A stretch of 64,000 nt of DNA from Candidatus Woesearchaeota archaeon. Its GTDB lineage: Archaea > Nanobdellota > Nanobdellia > Woesearchaeales > UBA12501. Position 1 is the stretch's first letter; each line of letters opens with the position of its first letter. This document shows, piece by piece, positions 37,908-49,800 of this stretch. The stretch spans positions 12,646 to 76,645 of the forward strand of contig JAUSFM010000006.1 in the NCBI GenBank assembly GCA_030651375.1, in the 5' to 3' direction. Below the pieces are notes generated by a model. The model searched no databases. It was not told the origin of the DNA and was given only the letters and a program-made list of their open reading frames with translations. The position numbers and the translations under genes were made by a program.

Positions 37908-38438
37908 TCAATAGCACACTTTCAATTCCAGCGTCAGGTCAAAGAGCAGCGGCTGGGCAGCGGTTTCAAACGTGGGGCAGGCGTCGTTGAACTGTTCACT
38001 TTTTACTGCCCCTTCCAGCAAATCTTCCTGAGTGCCTGGTTCTCCACGAAGCAGGCGAAGCTGGTACTGATGCTGGAACCTGCCGAGCATATTATCAAGA
38101 ATTCCTTTGAGGGTTGTTTTTAAATAATCACATGAGCTCATGACTGTTTGTGTCGCATCAGTGCAGGTCATGCTTCGCGCAAAGCCGCAGTCCTGTATCA
38201 CATCAGCCATTTTCTCGTCGTTGCACGTGCTCACCACCTCGACAATCGACGTGATAATTGTTTTGGGCAGTTCTCTTCGCTGGAATTCCTCCTGCGTCTT
38301 TTTCGGCGGCTCGGCGGAATATTTCGCAAGGTACACAATTCCAATAGTGATGAGTATAACTACCAGCGCAATGCCCATGATCTCCGCTTGTCCGCGCTTG
38401 TTGAATCTGTTGTTAAGTTTGTTTTTCATTTTCATCAT
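37908..38438 (-). CDS. Class III signal peptide (pilin-like) protein
   Basis: NKRG|QAEIMGIALVVILI. Confidence 0.78.
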   Translation of the reverse strand: MMKMKNKLNNRFNKRGQAEIMGIALVVILITIGIVYLAKYSAEPPKKTQEEFQRRELPKTIITSIVEVVSTCNDEKMADVIQDCGFARSMTCTDATQTVMSSCDYLKTTLKGILDNMLGRFQHQYQLRLLRGEPGTQEDLLEGAVKSEQFNDACPTFETAAQPLLFDLTLELKVCY

Positions 38439-38453
38439 GTGTCCTCATGCCAC

Positions 38454-39053
38454 TTAACTAAACCGTGTGCGGTATGCTTCAATAACCAACATTCCAAGAG
38501 CATCTTTGCGTACGCTCCCCTTGGTCTCGTCGCGAAGTGTAATCGGAATAAAGGTGGGGAATTTTTCCCACGATACTGTATTTTCTTCAGGATGGTTATC
38601 ATACAGCGTGATGCGGTTGAGGGCAGCAGGCGCATCACCTATGGCCTCTGCTGTTTCAAACGGAATGGTGGCCGTGTCTGGCTGCGGGAACACTTGTTCT
38701 ACATATATCGTACTGTCACGCAACTCTGTTTCATACAACAAAAACGCAGTTTCATCAAATCCGGGCTTGTTCCTATTCACCTTGTTCGCAAACGCCACCA
38801 CCTTATGCAGGTCAAAACAATTCTCATTTATCACGCCGTTTTCGCTGCAGGCCAGCTCGGGGTAAAACGAAACTTTCAATGCAATGCGCACGGCTTCGCG
38901 CTCAAAGCTGTCTGCTGCGGAACGCTGCATGGATGTTTTCTGGTACTGCGCATACAGCACCAGCCCGATGCCTAACAAGATAAAAAAGGCGAGCAGTACC
39001 ATGATTGTTTCGCCCATCTGCATCTGCGCCCTGCGCGCTTGTGTGTGTTTCAT
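38454..39053 (-). CDS. Class III signal peptide (pilin-like) protein
   Basis: RRA|QMQMGETIMVLLAFFILL. Confidence 0.78.
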   Translation of the reverse strand: MKHTQARRAQMQMGETIMVLLAFFILLGIGLVLYAQYQKTSMQRSAADSFEREAVRIALKVSFYPELACSENGVINENCFDLHKVVAFANKVNRNKPGFDETAFLLYETELRDSTIYVEQVFPQPDTATIPFETAEAIGDAPAALNRITLYDNHPEENTVSWEKFPTFIPITLRDETKGSVRKDALGMLVIEAYRTRFS

Positions 39054-39071
39054 ACGTTCCCTAGTAACTTA

Positions 39072-40211
39072 TTAGTACAGTGCCGGACAGCTGTTCAGCA
39101 CCGCGTCTTTATTTGCTTGATTAGCAGCTTTCAGCCGCTGCGTAAATTCTTCACTCTTGACTGAAATGGTAATCTCATTGTTCTCGTTTGCCGCCATCGC
39201 CGCATCTATGCTTGCCAGTGCAGCACCTCCTTGCGCCGCAATGACAGCGCACTGCTGCATTTCTGTGCTCGTGATGGCCGCACCACCAGAATTGTAAAAC
39301 GCCTGCAATGCATCAGCCCGATCGCGTGAAATTTCAACCACCTGTGTCGCCCGGCGCAGTGCCCTGCTCATAAGGCACGTGTACATATTCTGGTCTTTTG
39401 CAAATACCGCGCCGATAAACGAGGGAAAGCCAAGCGTAAATGGCGAACCGCCAGACTGTTCCGCTTGCCAACCAGTTCCTTGTTTCTGATAAAACGCCAG
39501 CGGACTGCTCTGTAGGTTTTCCTCGTCACCAATCAAATTTTCATTCACTACGACTGCGCTGACTTGTGCGTCGCCAACTCCTGCGAACGAAGGCGGAAGT
39601 GCCGGCGGTTGTGTGGCTATGTCGTCTGAATTGATAATAAATTTCACAAACGGATTATTCTCATAGTTCAGGGTTGTCACGTCGGTTGGTTGGATAAACG
39701 CATAATCAATTTTCTCACCTTCCTGCGCCAGCGGAAAATCAAGCAGCGTGCTTATTTTTTCCTGCATCGGCCCAAAATTCACAAAATAATATTTTATCGA
39801 TGGAGACGTCATCATAATCATGGTATTCGTGCGCATCGGCAGGTCAAAACTCATCGTAATGGTCAGAAGCTTTTTCGTGGCCAGCTCTGCCGGCGCAAAA
39901 ATCAGCACCGTGCCGCTCGCAATGCGCTGGTCCATCACGCGGTATTCAGTGCATTCAAACTGAATGGGCACATCAGCGATGTCAATCGGCTGCTTTGCTC
40001 CAGGAGAAACTCCTCTGCCGGAAAAAATCAGCTCCAGCTGGGAGGCAAGCTCAACGCCGAGCTTATTTTTTGAAAGCTGCTGCTGATAACTAATGACCGT
40101 CATGAAAAAAAACAGGATAAGCCCGCCGGCTATCATAATGAAAATCCAGTTGAACTGCACTTCAACAATGCCTCGTTTTGAACATCGTGGAAATGGTTTG
40201 ATGCGTTTCAT
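39072..40211 (-). CDS. Class III signal peptide (pilin-like) protein
   Basis: SKRG|IVEVQFNWIFIMIAGGLILFFF. Confidence 0.78.
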   Translation of the reverse strand: MKRIKPFPRCSKRGIVEVQFNWIFIMIAGGLILFFFMTVISYQQQLSKNKLGVELASQLELIFSGRGVSPGAKQPIDIADVPIQFECTEYRVMDQRIASGTVLIFAPAELATKKLLTITMSFDLPMRTNTMIMMTSPSIKYYFVNFGPMQEKISTLLDFPLAQEGEKIDYAFIQPTDVTTLNYENNPFVKFIINSDDIATQPPALPPSFAGVGDAQVSAVVVNENLIGDEENLQSSPLAFYQKQGTGWQAEQSGGSPFTLGFPSFIGAVFAKDQNMYTCLMSRALRRATQVVEISRDRADALQAFYNSGGAAITSTEMQQCAVIAAQGGAALASIDAAMAANENNEITISVKSEEFTQRLKAANQANKDAVLNSCPALY

Positions 40212-40215
40212 GGTT

Positions 40216-43200
40216 TCATAACCGCTCAAGCTCGTCAAAAAGATCGTCATCACTTTTTTGAGCTGCACGCTCGTGCTCTTCAGCTTTTGCATTCTTTTGC
40301 TGCGCAGGCGCTTGGTTTTGTGGGGGAAACATTTTTCCTGGCACCACGCGCGGCCGTGCCGGCTCGTGCTCTTGTTTTCGCTGCAGTGCCGTGAGCGGAA
40401 GCCATTCGCTTACCGCGTCAGGAAGTTGTTCAACGACTTTGCCTGCCAGCTGGGTGCCTGCTTTTGCAGCAGTGCGCACGAGATGTGCTGCGGCATGCGC
40501 CGCATGCATCGGCCGGAGGAACGTCACTGGCTGGCCTGTTTTTCCCTTAGACTGAAAGACCCCTGTTTTTTTGGTGAAGCGGTCAATAACCGTGCCGCGT
40601 TCGCGCTCACGCGTTTCAACACGCTGGCGCCGTCGTGCAAGCCCTGTTTCCTGCACGCGCTGTGCAGCTTCAACTGCCTTTTTTTGCTCGGTATCACCCG
40701 ATGAAATCGGTTTGAAAGGTGCGATAAGGGCGGGTTTCGGCACCAATGTTGGTGACGTGGATGCCAAGAAGCCCGCCCCTCCACCAATAAGAAGTATTCC
40801 TATAATAAAAAGAATATTTGATTTTACAAACGCCCACACCGCGCTTGGCTGCGCTTGCTCTGTCTTTTTTTCCTGCGTGCCGCCTGGCAGCACACCGCAT
40901 CGTCCGAGGTTGCAAATGCCTGACGTGCAGTCATCAGCAGAGGCGCACGCTCTTCCCGGTTTGCATTTGTTTGGGCATGCAGTGCCGCAGTCAACATCGC
41001 TTTCATTTCCATTTGCTGCATTGTCTGCACAGGTTGGAAGTTGGCAGGTTTTGGTTGTTTTGACATCGCAATAACTGCTGATACAATCGTTGTCAAATCC
41101 ACACGCCTTGTTCAAGTCGCAGCGTGAGCACACTAATCCACCACAGTCAGAATCAGTTTCATCGCCGTTCTTGCGCACGTCATCACATTTCGGCGGTACA
41201 CAGCGGCCTTCAAGGCAATATTCTCCCAGACAATCAAAATCAGTCTGGCAGCTATCGCCTTCTCCACATGTGTTGCCACAACTTCCTCCACAGTCCGTGC
41301 CGGTTTCGTCGCCATCTTTGATGCTATTGCTGCACGTCTGGGGCACCGTTACAACAATTCTTTCCCTGCCGGATGCCTTGTTGCCGAGCGTGTCCGCCAC
41401 TTCCCAGCACATTTCACGCGTGCGGTGAACAGATACTGGCTGGGCAGCGTCAACATGGTTTGAGGGCGTGCAGGTTTCTGCGCTGCCGGTTCCGATTGTC
41501 GTGTTTGTTGCGCCCAGCAGATTTTCACCACCAAGCCCGAACAAGAATGTTGTGTCATCACAGCCGCTTTCATCATCACACACTGGAGTCACTTCAACGG
41601 TTCCGGGCGATGACTTTTTCTGCAGCACCACTTCTGGCGGGTCATGCTCAAGGCAGTCCGGATGCTGCGGGTCATAATTCAGGATGAGCGGTGATGCAGG
41701 CCCTTCAAGCCCGACGTTGTTGACCGCAGAAATGATAATCGTGTGGGTGAATGCAGGAACCTTTCCGCTGCTTCCTCCCGTGTCGTCGGTGTTGGTTTCT
41801 GATGCCGGCGCCTTGGCTTCTATGCTCGGCAATTTTCCCGTGCCGTCCCTGCCGCCAAAGGTTCCGTTCTTTTCAGTTTCTGCAACAAAATAACGGAACA
41901 TCCTGATGCTGGACTGCGTATCCGTTGCAGTAACCGCAAGATCAAGATCAAATCGTTCAGGAGTGCAGCTCGTGGTCGAGCCGTTGAAGCTTGGGGCATT
42001 AGGCGGGCTGGTGTCAATCAAAAAAAGATGCTCTTTTACCGAGCGCTGCTGCGTGCCAGCAGTGCTGCTTTCGCACGTTACTTGCATGGTGTATCTTCCA
42101 TCGGCAAGCGTGCCCAGATCAGCGCTGTGCGTTTTGCCCGGATTGCGTTCATCCTCCAAAAACGCGGTCTGGTTTTCCAGCGTGTAATAACAGCGGGAAA
42201 TTTTGTTCGTGGTAAAATTGAGTGTTGCAATGTTACTGTTTGACTCGCTTTTTGGCGATGAAATCTCAATATGAATTGGCTCGGTCAAATCAATGGTGAC
42301 TCCTGCAGGAACTTCTTGAGATAGCTGTCCCGTTCTGTCTTCACACCGCACAAAAAATACTTTGCTTAATTTTGTTTCCGGCTCCGGAAGTTCAATCTTC
42401 TGGTGGTTTATTGTTTTATAGGAACCAAATTCTTCACGTGCATAGCCGTCAAACGGGCTCATGCTGTCGAACGGCAGCCCTCCCTGCAGTGCATACTTGC
42501 ATTGGACGTCTTCATTTGCCTCAACAACAAGGTCTGAAAAAAAGTGGTGGTCATCAGGAATCTCGACAAGCAGATTGGGATCAAACGCCGCTTTCCGGAT
42601 GGTTGGTGGTTCAGTATCGACGTATATTTCCGCTTTAGTCTGGCCAATTTCTCCCTCGGGTGTCTGGCAGATAAGGAAAAAATTGTTTCCGCGCCGGTTT
42701 GGCGTCAGGTCAATAAACGGCTCGCGGGACAGCGTTGGAAACGCATGCGTCGGCCCAAACATATTTGACGAGACCATCCCCTGCAGCAGAAACCGGAATT
42801 TTGGATCACGCTGGCTGTACTTGCACATGGTGTTGAGTGGCGCGTCATTCTTGAACGTGCTCACCTCAACCGTTACATTTCTCTCACGGGAAGCGCCCAG
42901 TCGCGGTCGCGTCACCTGTATTTTCATTGTTTCATAATCAACTGCAAAAAACTGGCGGAATGTTGCTTCATTACCCACCATGTCTTTGGCGTGTATCTCC
43001 ACGACGTAAAATCCTGGCGGTAGCGCATGGCTCGGCTCGAGGCGCCAGCGTTCTCTGATTTCCCGCGACGGGATGCCGTCGATAATGTCAATAAACCCAC
43101 CGGGAGGAATTGCTTCTTCAGTGAAGTTTTCAAACTCAGGTGTTTTTTCCTGCACAAAAAAGATGCGTCCGGTCATCAACGACACGGGCTCGTCAAAGGC

Positions 43201-43803
43201 CACGACAATCTTTGGAAGCGGAGTAAATGATTCTTTAATCTGAATCACTGCCTGAAGACCTGCGCCTGCTGATTGGGTTGTTGATGCTTCTGGAGTGCTC
43301 GCCTCTGCAGATCCTGCCTGTTGTTCACGAAGCCCCCCAAGCAGTCCGCGCAGAAAGTCGTTGAGCGCGTTTTGGGAGTTTGCATCGGGCTGTGCTGGTT
43401 CTTGTCCGGCTGTTTGTTCGTTCGGTGGTGCTCCCCCCGTTTCCGGAACTGGATCAGATTCAGGTGCAGTGGGTGGTGCCTGCACCACCACGCGTCCGGC
43501 CATGCCTGGATGAATAGTGCAGTGATACGCAAATGTTCCGGCGTGGTCAAAGGTGTGCGAAAAAGTTTGGCCGTGCTGTTTGGTACCTGACTCAAATGCA
43601 TTGTTGTCGGCAGTTATGGTGTGCGGTGCATTATCATTGTTTGTCCAGATGACACTATCCCCCTCATTAACAGTGATGGCGGCAGGCGAAAATGCGAGGT
43701 TGTTGATAGACACACTTACACGGCTTGCCGAGACACAGAAACTTGCAAGTACTATCAGTATCGTGAAGAGTGCGCTGTTTCCAATGATTTTTTTTCGGTT
43801 CAT
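40216..43803 (-). CDS. Large membrane-anchored surface protein: cupredoxin, Ig-like domains, Cys-rich repeats
   Basis: Signal peptide; AFSPAAITV..WTN..PHTI..YHCTIHPGM; DTEPP/DTSPP linkers; three C.N..KDGDETxxDCGG repeats; C-terminal TM. Confidence 0.85.
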   Translation of the reverse strand: MNRKKIIGNSALFTILIVLASFCVSASRVSVSINNLAFSPAAITVNEGDSVIWTNNDNAPHTITADNNAFESGTKQHGQTFSHTFDHAGTFAYHCTIHPGMAGRVVVQAPPTAPESDPVPETGGAPPNEQTAGQEPAQPDANSQNALNDFLRGLLGGLREQQAGSAEASTPEASTTQSAGAGLQAVIQIKESFTPLPKIVVAFDEPVSLMTGRIFFVQEKTPEFENFTEEAIPPGGFIDIIDGIPSREIRERWRLEPSHALPPGFYVVEIHAKDMVGNEATFRQFFAVDYETMKIQVTRPRLGASRERNVTVEVSTFKNDAPLNTMCKYSQRDPKFRFLLQGMVSSNMFGPTHAFPTLSREPFIDLTPNRRGNNFFLICQTPEGEIGQTKAEIYVDTEPPTIRKAAFDPNLLVEIPDDHHFFSDLVVEANEDVQCKYALQGGLPFDSMSPFDGYAREEFGSYKTINHQKIELPEPETKLSKVFFVRCEDRTGQLSQEVPAGVTIDLTEPIHIEISSPKSESNSNIATLNFTTNKISRCYYTLENQTAFLEDERNPGKTHSADLGTLADGRYTMQVTCESSTAGTQQRSVKEHLFLIDTSPPNAPSFNGSTTSCTPERFDLDLAVTATDTQSSIRMFRYFVAETEKNGTFGGRDGTGKLPSIEAKAPASETNTDDTGGSSGKVPAFTHTIIISAVNNVGLEGPASPLILNYDPQHPDCLEHDPPEVVLQKKSSPGTVEVTPVCDDESGCDDTTFLFGLGGENLLGATNTTIGTGSAETCTPSNHVDAAQPVSVHRTREMCWEVADTLGNKASGRERIVVTVPQTCSNSIKDGDETGTDCGGSCGNTCGEGDSCQTDFDCLGEYCLEGRCVPPKCDDVRKNGDETDSDCGGLVCSRCDLNKACGFDNDCISSYCDVKTTKTCQLPTCADNAANGNESDVDCGTACPNKCKPGRACASADDCTSGICNLGRCGVLPGGTQEKKTEQAQPSAVWAFVKSNILFIIGILLIGGGAGFLASTSPTLVPKPALIAPFKPISSGDTEQKKAVEAAQRVQETGLARRRQRVETRERERGTVIDRFTKKTGVFQSKGKTGQPVTFLRPMHAAHAAAHLVRTAAKAGTQLAGKVVEQLPDAVSEWLPLTALQRKQEHEPARPRVVPGKMFPPQNQAPAQQKNAKAEEHERAAQKSDDDLFDELERL

Positions 43804-43831
43804 GAGTCTTCTTACGTCATATCTTCTCGTT

Positions 43832-46800
43832 TCAAATGATGTTCAAGCTCACCTGCGCCGGTGGCCGCCGATCCGTCACTATAGTGAACGTTTTTGTTTT
43901 GTTAAACCCTGCAATGTCTTTTATCATGATGGTGTATGTTTTGTTCACCACTTGATTTTCAACTGCTTTCAGCCGGAGATTCGTGGTAAACCGTTTTGCC
44001 GGAAGCTCGAGAATCGTTGCCATGAGTTGATTGTCATAGGTGTCTGCACCTGGCAAATAATTTCCCGGCGTGACAAACAGGCAGGTTGGGCAAATATCAT
44101 TGTCAGCAAAGCTGCCGTTAATTTTTACCACAGCTTCGCGCGTGAAATATTTGTTCTCTTCAGGAATGGAAAAGGGCGTGTTGATGTCAACTTTCCATGC
44201 ATTTTCATCCGGCCCCCTGAAGTCGAGTGCCACGTCGCGGGTGATGGTTGCTGCCGGAACATTGTTTGCATAATCATCAACAAAAACGGTCAGGCTGTGC
44301 GGTTGTCCAAGCAGCTCTTCATCCGTCAGCCGGAATCGCTCGGGTTCAAGATTCCATTCAAAAACATAATTGTTCGTGCCAATCTGGTGCTCGGCTTGCG
44401 TGAGCGGTATTTCACGGCGGAGGTCAGGGCGTTCAGGCACATCAAACACTGCCCTTCCTTTCAAATCAAATCCACTGTCCTGCACCTGCAGGGTGATGCG
44501 CAGCACACCGTTGTACGCAACTGCAGCAGGAATATCATACGACATGATATGCGGTGCTTGATTGTCAACCACCAGCACCGGGCTGACATGGCGCCCCGCG
44601 GGCCCCTCAACATCATTGCTTAGTTTCAGTCGTGCTTCAGCGACGAGCGTGTAGGCCTTGTTGAACTGTTCCGGTGTGAAATCCTGCTGATTGCAGACAA
44701 ACACATTGCGCTGGACGCGCTCGCACCGCGCAGGCATCGGGTCTTCCTGTCCGAGCGGCGCGTCAAATCGTTTTACAAACAGCCGCCCATTAATTGAGCC
44801 GTCAGCATTTTGATCACCAATCACAACCGGCTCCTGATTTGCTGAATAATCAATTTTTACATTCCCATTTGCACTCGTGTAAAATGTTCCGTTATTCTTC
44901 ACTGCCGGCGCAAGGAACTCCCACACCGGCGGCTGTGGTGTGCCCTCATTGGTGTTGAATGCCCAGCTCGGCTTGCCGGTTTGTGAGGGCGCAAGCTGGT
45001 TTGTTGCCTTGTCAAATCCTTTGAAAATAACCAATCCCCCACCAGTAAACGGTTCGCCGTTGCGGTAGGTAATCGTGTATCGGCGTTTTCCTTCAAGCTC
45101 TTCTTTTTTCATCACCATTTTTCCGTCATGGTCAGCAAGGCGTGCGGTGATGATGCCTTCACTATTTTTATTTTCACCACCAAGCTCTGCATCAAGATAT
45201 TCATCATGCAGCGTGTCCCAGCCAAAGGTTTCAAGCAGCTGCTGTTTTTCACCACTTTCCATAAATGCACCAGTGTTCTCATTGACCAGCCGGTCGCTGA
45301 CGAGGAAATAGGTGTACTCAACTTCACTATCCGTTCCGGTGCATACATTGCGCTCACAGCCCTCACCATCGATAATTGTTTCGCTGCTTTCAGCACTTTC
45401 TTCAGCTGGTGTTGATGCTGATTCTGCGGGAATAATCGTGACGCTTATACTATCAGGAATGAGCGGCGCATCAAACGTTCCATCACTTCCTTCCTCAACC
45501 ACAATGCTCACATTCGTGATTTGCTCGTTCGTGGTTCCTTCTGCCGGGCTGTTCTGCACCACCCGCGGGCCTTGGCTGTCGACGATAATCCCCGCGAGAC
45601 TTGTTGGATCGGGAGATGGCCGTGAGACCACAATATCATCACCAAGAATACTGCCCACTCCTTTTGCAGCGAAGGTGTTGCATCCTTCTTCCAATGCTAC
45701 GGGTTCGCCAAACACATTTTCTTCTGTGGGCTTTGCAAATATATTTACCGGAATGCCTACCTGTCCGGCGACGCGCACAGGCACTTCCTCAAGCGGTGCG
45801 TCCAGTGTCAGGTTGTTTGGTGTGCCCAGTTTGACATTGGCAATTGCATAATGGTGGCGGTAGGCGCCGTACCCCGTGCGGTGATATTCCTTTTGCACCT
45901 TTCCCGTGTCATCAACCACTGGGCTGAACTGGAGGAATTTTCCAGTAAGATCAATAGGAAGTGTGTTGATGGTGAGTGTTTTCATAATTCCTGTCGGTGG
46001 GTTTACCGCCGTGGTAGTGAGTGCATCACGCTGCTGGGCAAAATCTTCATGTGGGTCAAATTCTTTTTGTTTTATTTGGGCGCCACCGCATCGTCCGGTG
46101 TAATATTCTATTTTTTTGGTGATGTCCGGATGTTTCAGCACACCGGTTACAAACAGTTCACGCTGGTTGGTGTACGCGAGCCCCTCATCAGGGTAATATT
46201 TTATTGGATATTCATTCTCATCGCTGAATGCGACCCATTCTTCACCAGCGTCAAAAAACACACTTGAAAAAATGGGCTCAAGCTGCACTTCAGGTGTCGC
46301 GGTGACCAGCGTGATAGTAAGCGGCTGAACCATCATGGCAAGTTGTGCCGATGCTCGTTCTCCAGGGAAACAGTCAGTTCCTTTTTCAGTAACGCTCACG
46401 GGTTCAAATTGAACTTCAAGAGTATAGAAATCTTTTTCATCACCCCCTGCGTTCTCAAGCTGGAGCCGCCGGAGGTCAACACCACAGCTGATGGTTGAGA
46501 CACCTTCAAGTTGGCAGTCTGCCCGTGAGATGGTGCCGGCATTTTTCTTTTCTCCTTGTATTTTCAGCACACCATTTTCAAGAATCATGCCCGTAGCAAA
46601 AATTGTTGCTTGCATCGTGTCCAGGCTTGCAGCACGGCCAGTATTGATTTTGATGCGGTAGCTGTCCTTGGGAATTCGCGGCGGGGGAGTTGGCTGGAGT
46701 TCATTACCCAGCGCGTCAAAAATCGTGACGCGTGCAGTGTCTGCAATCGTACCCGTTCCGGTATCAGCCACGCTTATTTTGAATGCTTCGCGGTCAAACG

Positions 46801-49800
46801 TAACACTCTCGTGGTGTTGCTTGTCCGCTGCGCGGACGCCGGAGATTTCAAGCGTTGCCGTGCCTCCCTGAACCGAGTTGCCGACGAGGAACGGCGTGAA
46901 TGGTGAAATAAATCCTTCGGTCTGGTCGGGAGCAAATGCAAATGCCAACGGCTGGCCATTCACCGTCATGCTTACGTCGCCGCAGCCGCCATCAAGCCCT
47001 TCAAGTCCATACTGGTCCTTCACGCGACTGTCAGAGCAGTACGCAAACACATTCTGTGCCGTGCCGTAATTTCCCGGCTCGAGCGCCACGGTTTTGTCAA
47101 TGGTGCCAAAGAAGCGCACGCTTGGGGCGAATATGTCTTTTGAAATCACGATGCGGTCGGCGCGGTTGCCGTCGAGCTGCTGCTGGCCGTCAAATTGGCA
47201 CGCCACCTGAAACACGTTGAGGTCATCTTTCAGCTCCACATTTTTTGTGTGCTCTTTTCGTTCCGTGCTTTCCTGCATGTGCTCAGCATCACCAGCGTTG
47301 AATGAGACAAACTCGCGGTTGGTTCCCATAGGATTAATGTAACACGTTGCTGGCTCATCCGTCTGCACGCGCGCAATGATATTCCGCGCACCAGTTATCG
47401 GTTCAGAGCCGCCAAAGGTTCCCGACACAACATGGATCTTGTTGGTGTCAATAATTTTTACTTCCTGCCCATGGTCAGTGTTACCGAAATCATTTACACA
47501 GCCGTAGGTAAACACATAGATGTCATCCTTGAGATTGTGGAACGAGCGGGTAAAGGCGCGGCCATGCTCATCAGTGATGGCATTGCTTTTCAACAGCGCA
47601 GCAGGCGTATCATCCGCAGGAACTTCATCACCTTTGATGTTTGTCAGTTTTGCATTGCACACCACATCTTCAGTGTATTCAAGATTCACCAGTAGCTCAC
47701 GCGGGCTGTCCGCAGAAATGGACAATACCCGCTCGTGCACTTTTCTTGGCGGATTGATGTTGACGACGATATCTGCATGCTTGACCTCTTCAAGATTATT
47801 GGCGCGATCCTGCGAGTAAAAGTTCAGCCGCGATGCGCTCTGGTCTCCGGCAGAAAGCACTTTCTGGATTTTGCACATCGTGTAATTTTTTGGATAACAA
47901 TCATGGTCAAGGCAGAAAAAGGTCGTTGCCGGTTCGCTGACGCGCACCGGGATGTCCATAAATTTTCCAATCTTCAGCCGGCCGTTTGTGTCCTGTTTTA
48001 TTTTTTCAGCAACAACACTTGTTTCAGGCGCCGCAAAGTCTCGGTTGCATTCCTGCGGATTTTGGACAAATGAGCAATCATCAACACCATTTCCATCGGC
48101 ATCTTTGAAGCAGCGCTCGCCCGGTTCTGATCCCCATTTACATAACCCAAACGAAAACAGGTCGTTGCTTCGCTGGCTAATACGGTTGGTGCCGCTGGCG
48201 CGTACTGCGCCGTCATATCGCGCATCAATTTCAACCTCTTTTGTGCCACCCCTGCTGAGTCGGTCGCCAACACATTCTTTTTCTGCGCGTGCTGGTTTGC
48301 CGGCGTCGTTGTAATCATCACAGCCCAGCGATTTCACGTCTTCGCACGTGTTTTCTCCGGTGCTGAAATAGCACGCGTCACCAAATAATGCGCACGACTG
48401 CTTATCGCATCCCACAAGAACTGGGTTTGCATTTCCTGCTGCCGGTGCCTGCGTACTGCATGCGCTGCACTGCTGTTTTTCTTGTGTAGCTGGTGCGCAG
48501 ATTCCCAATCCCAAATCAGCATTAGTTGTTTTCCATGTGCAGCCGCCCGCAGCGACTTTGCAGTGGCTCTCATCATTTTCACACGCATATTTTGTCCGGT
48601 AGCCATAACAGCTTTGCACGTCTTGGCAACTTCGGAACTGGTTTACTGTTTTTTCGCTCTTGTCATAGGTACAACCCATGAGCTGTTCGCATGCCTGTTG
48701 CGCTGCAACGCCGGGCTTGTCAAACAGCACGCCGGCAAATATCTGAAATGCACCATTACATTTTGAGCACAATTCCGGTGCTTTGCATTCAATGGCTCCT
48801 GCTGATGGCTCGGTGCAGTATGTTCCTGCAGTGCACGGTTCTCCCGAGCCGAGCACTCCAGTGCTGCAGATGTTTGTTTTTCGCTTGTCAACATCAGTGC
48901 TGTCACAGAAGCGCTGGCCTTCCACACACTCTTCCCTGCAGATATGGTCGCTGGTGACCGCGGGCTTGTTTTGATAGTTTAACTCAACCGCTACACACAC
49001 GGTATCGTCTGTTTTTTTCTGAAACTCTCTGCGCAGAGAATTAATGTCAGCGCTGCTTTGCCACTGGCTTTTCGGCAGGGCTGCACAGTTTGTTTTTTTG
49101 TTGTCACACCATCGCACGTGTTGGCTGGCAAGTAGGCAGGCAGATACCACTTCTGGAATAGCCCATTGGAGGTGCGTCATATCCTGCGCATCAGTTTGAA
49201 ACGTTGTTATCGTCGGTGCGGGAGTTTCACACGCCGGGCTGCAGGTGCAATCAGTCGGTCCGCACTGGTCAGGATTGGTGCAGCCGCAGGCGCTTCCAAC
49301 TGCGCAGCGGTCAATGCCAATCTCGCACGTCTCAACAAAATAATCCTTGTTCGGCGTATTCAGCGTGCCATCACCGCACACGCCGGTTGGCGCAGTCCTG
49401 CGCTCTGACGGGGGAATATAGGTGCACGTTGCCGTGTCAAATCTACAGAAACTGTTGCAGTTCAGCGTGCCGCCGCTGAATTTTTTTCCGGGCTCAAATT
49501 CGACGTCAGCACAGCTTGTTGTTCCCTGCTTGAACAGCATACGATTGCTGCCTGCCTCAAAATCACAATCCTCGCCCGCGTCAACGATACCGTTGCGGCA
49601 GTTGGTTCTTTGCACGGCGCAGCGGTGCGTGTCGGTGCTACACGTCAATCCCGCGCGGCAGTCGCGGTCGGTTGCGCATTTTTTTTCCTGCGCGCATGGC
49701 GGGCAGGTGCCGCCGCAATCAACATCACTTTCTCCGGCGTCCTGCACCGTGTTTTCGCACCGAGAGACTTCAGCGCGTGCGCCGGGAATGCAAATTCCAT

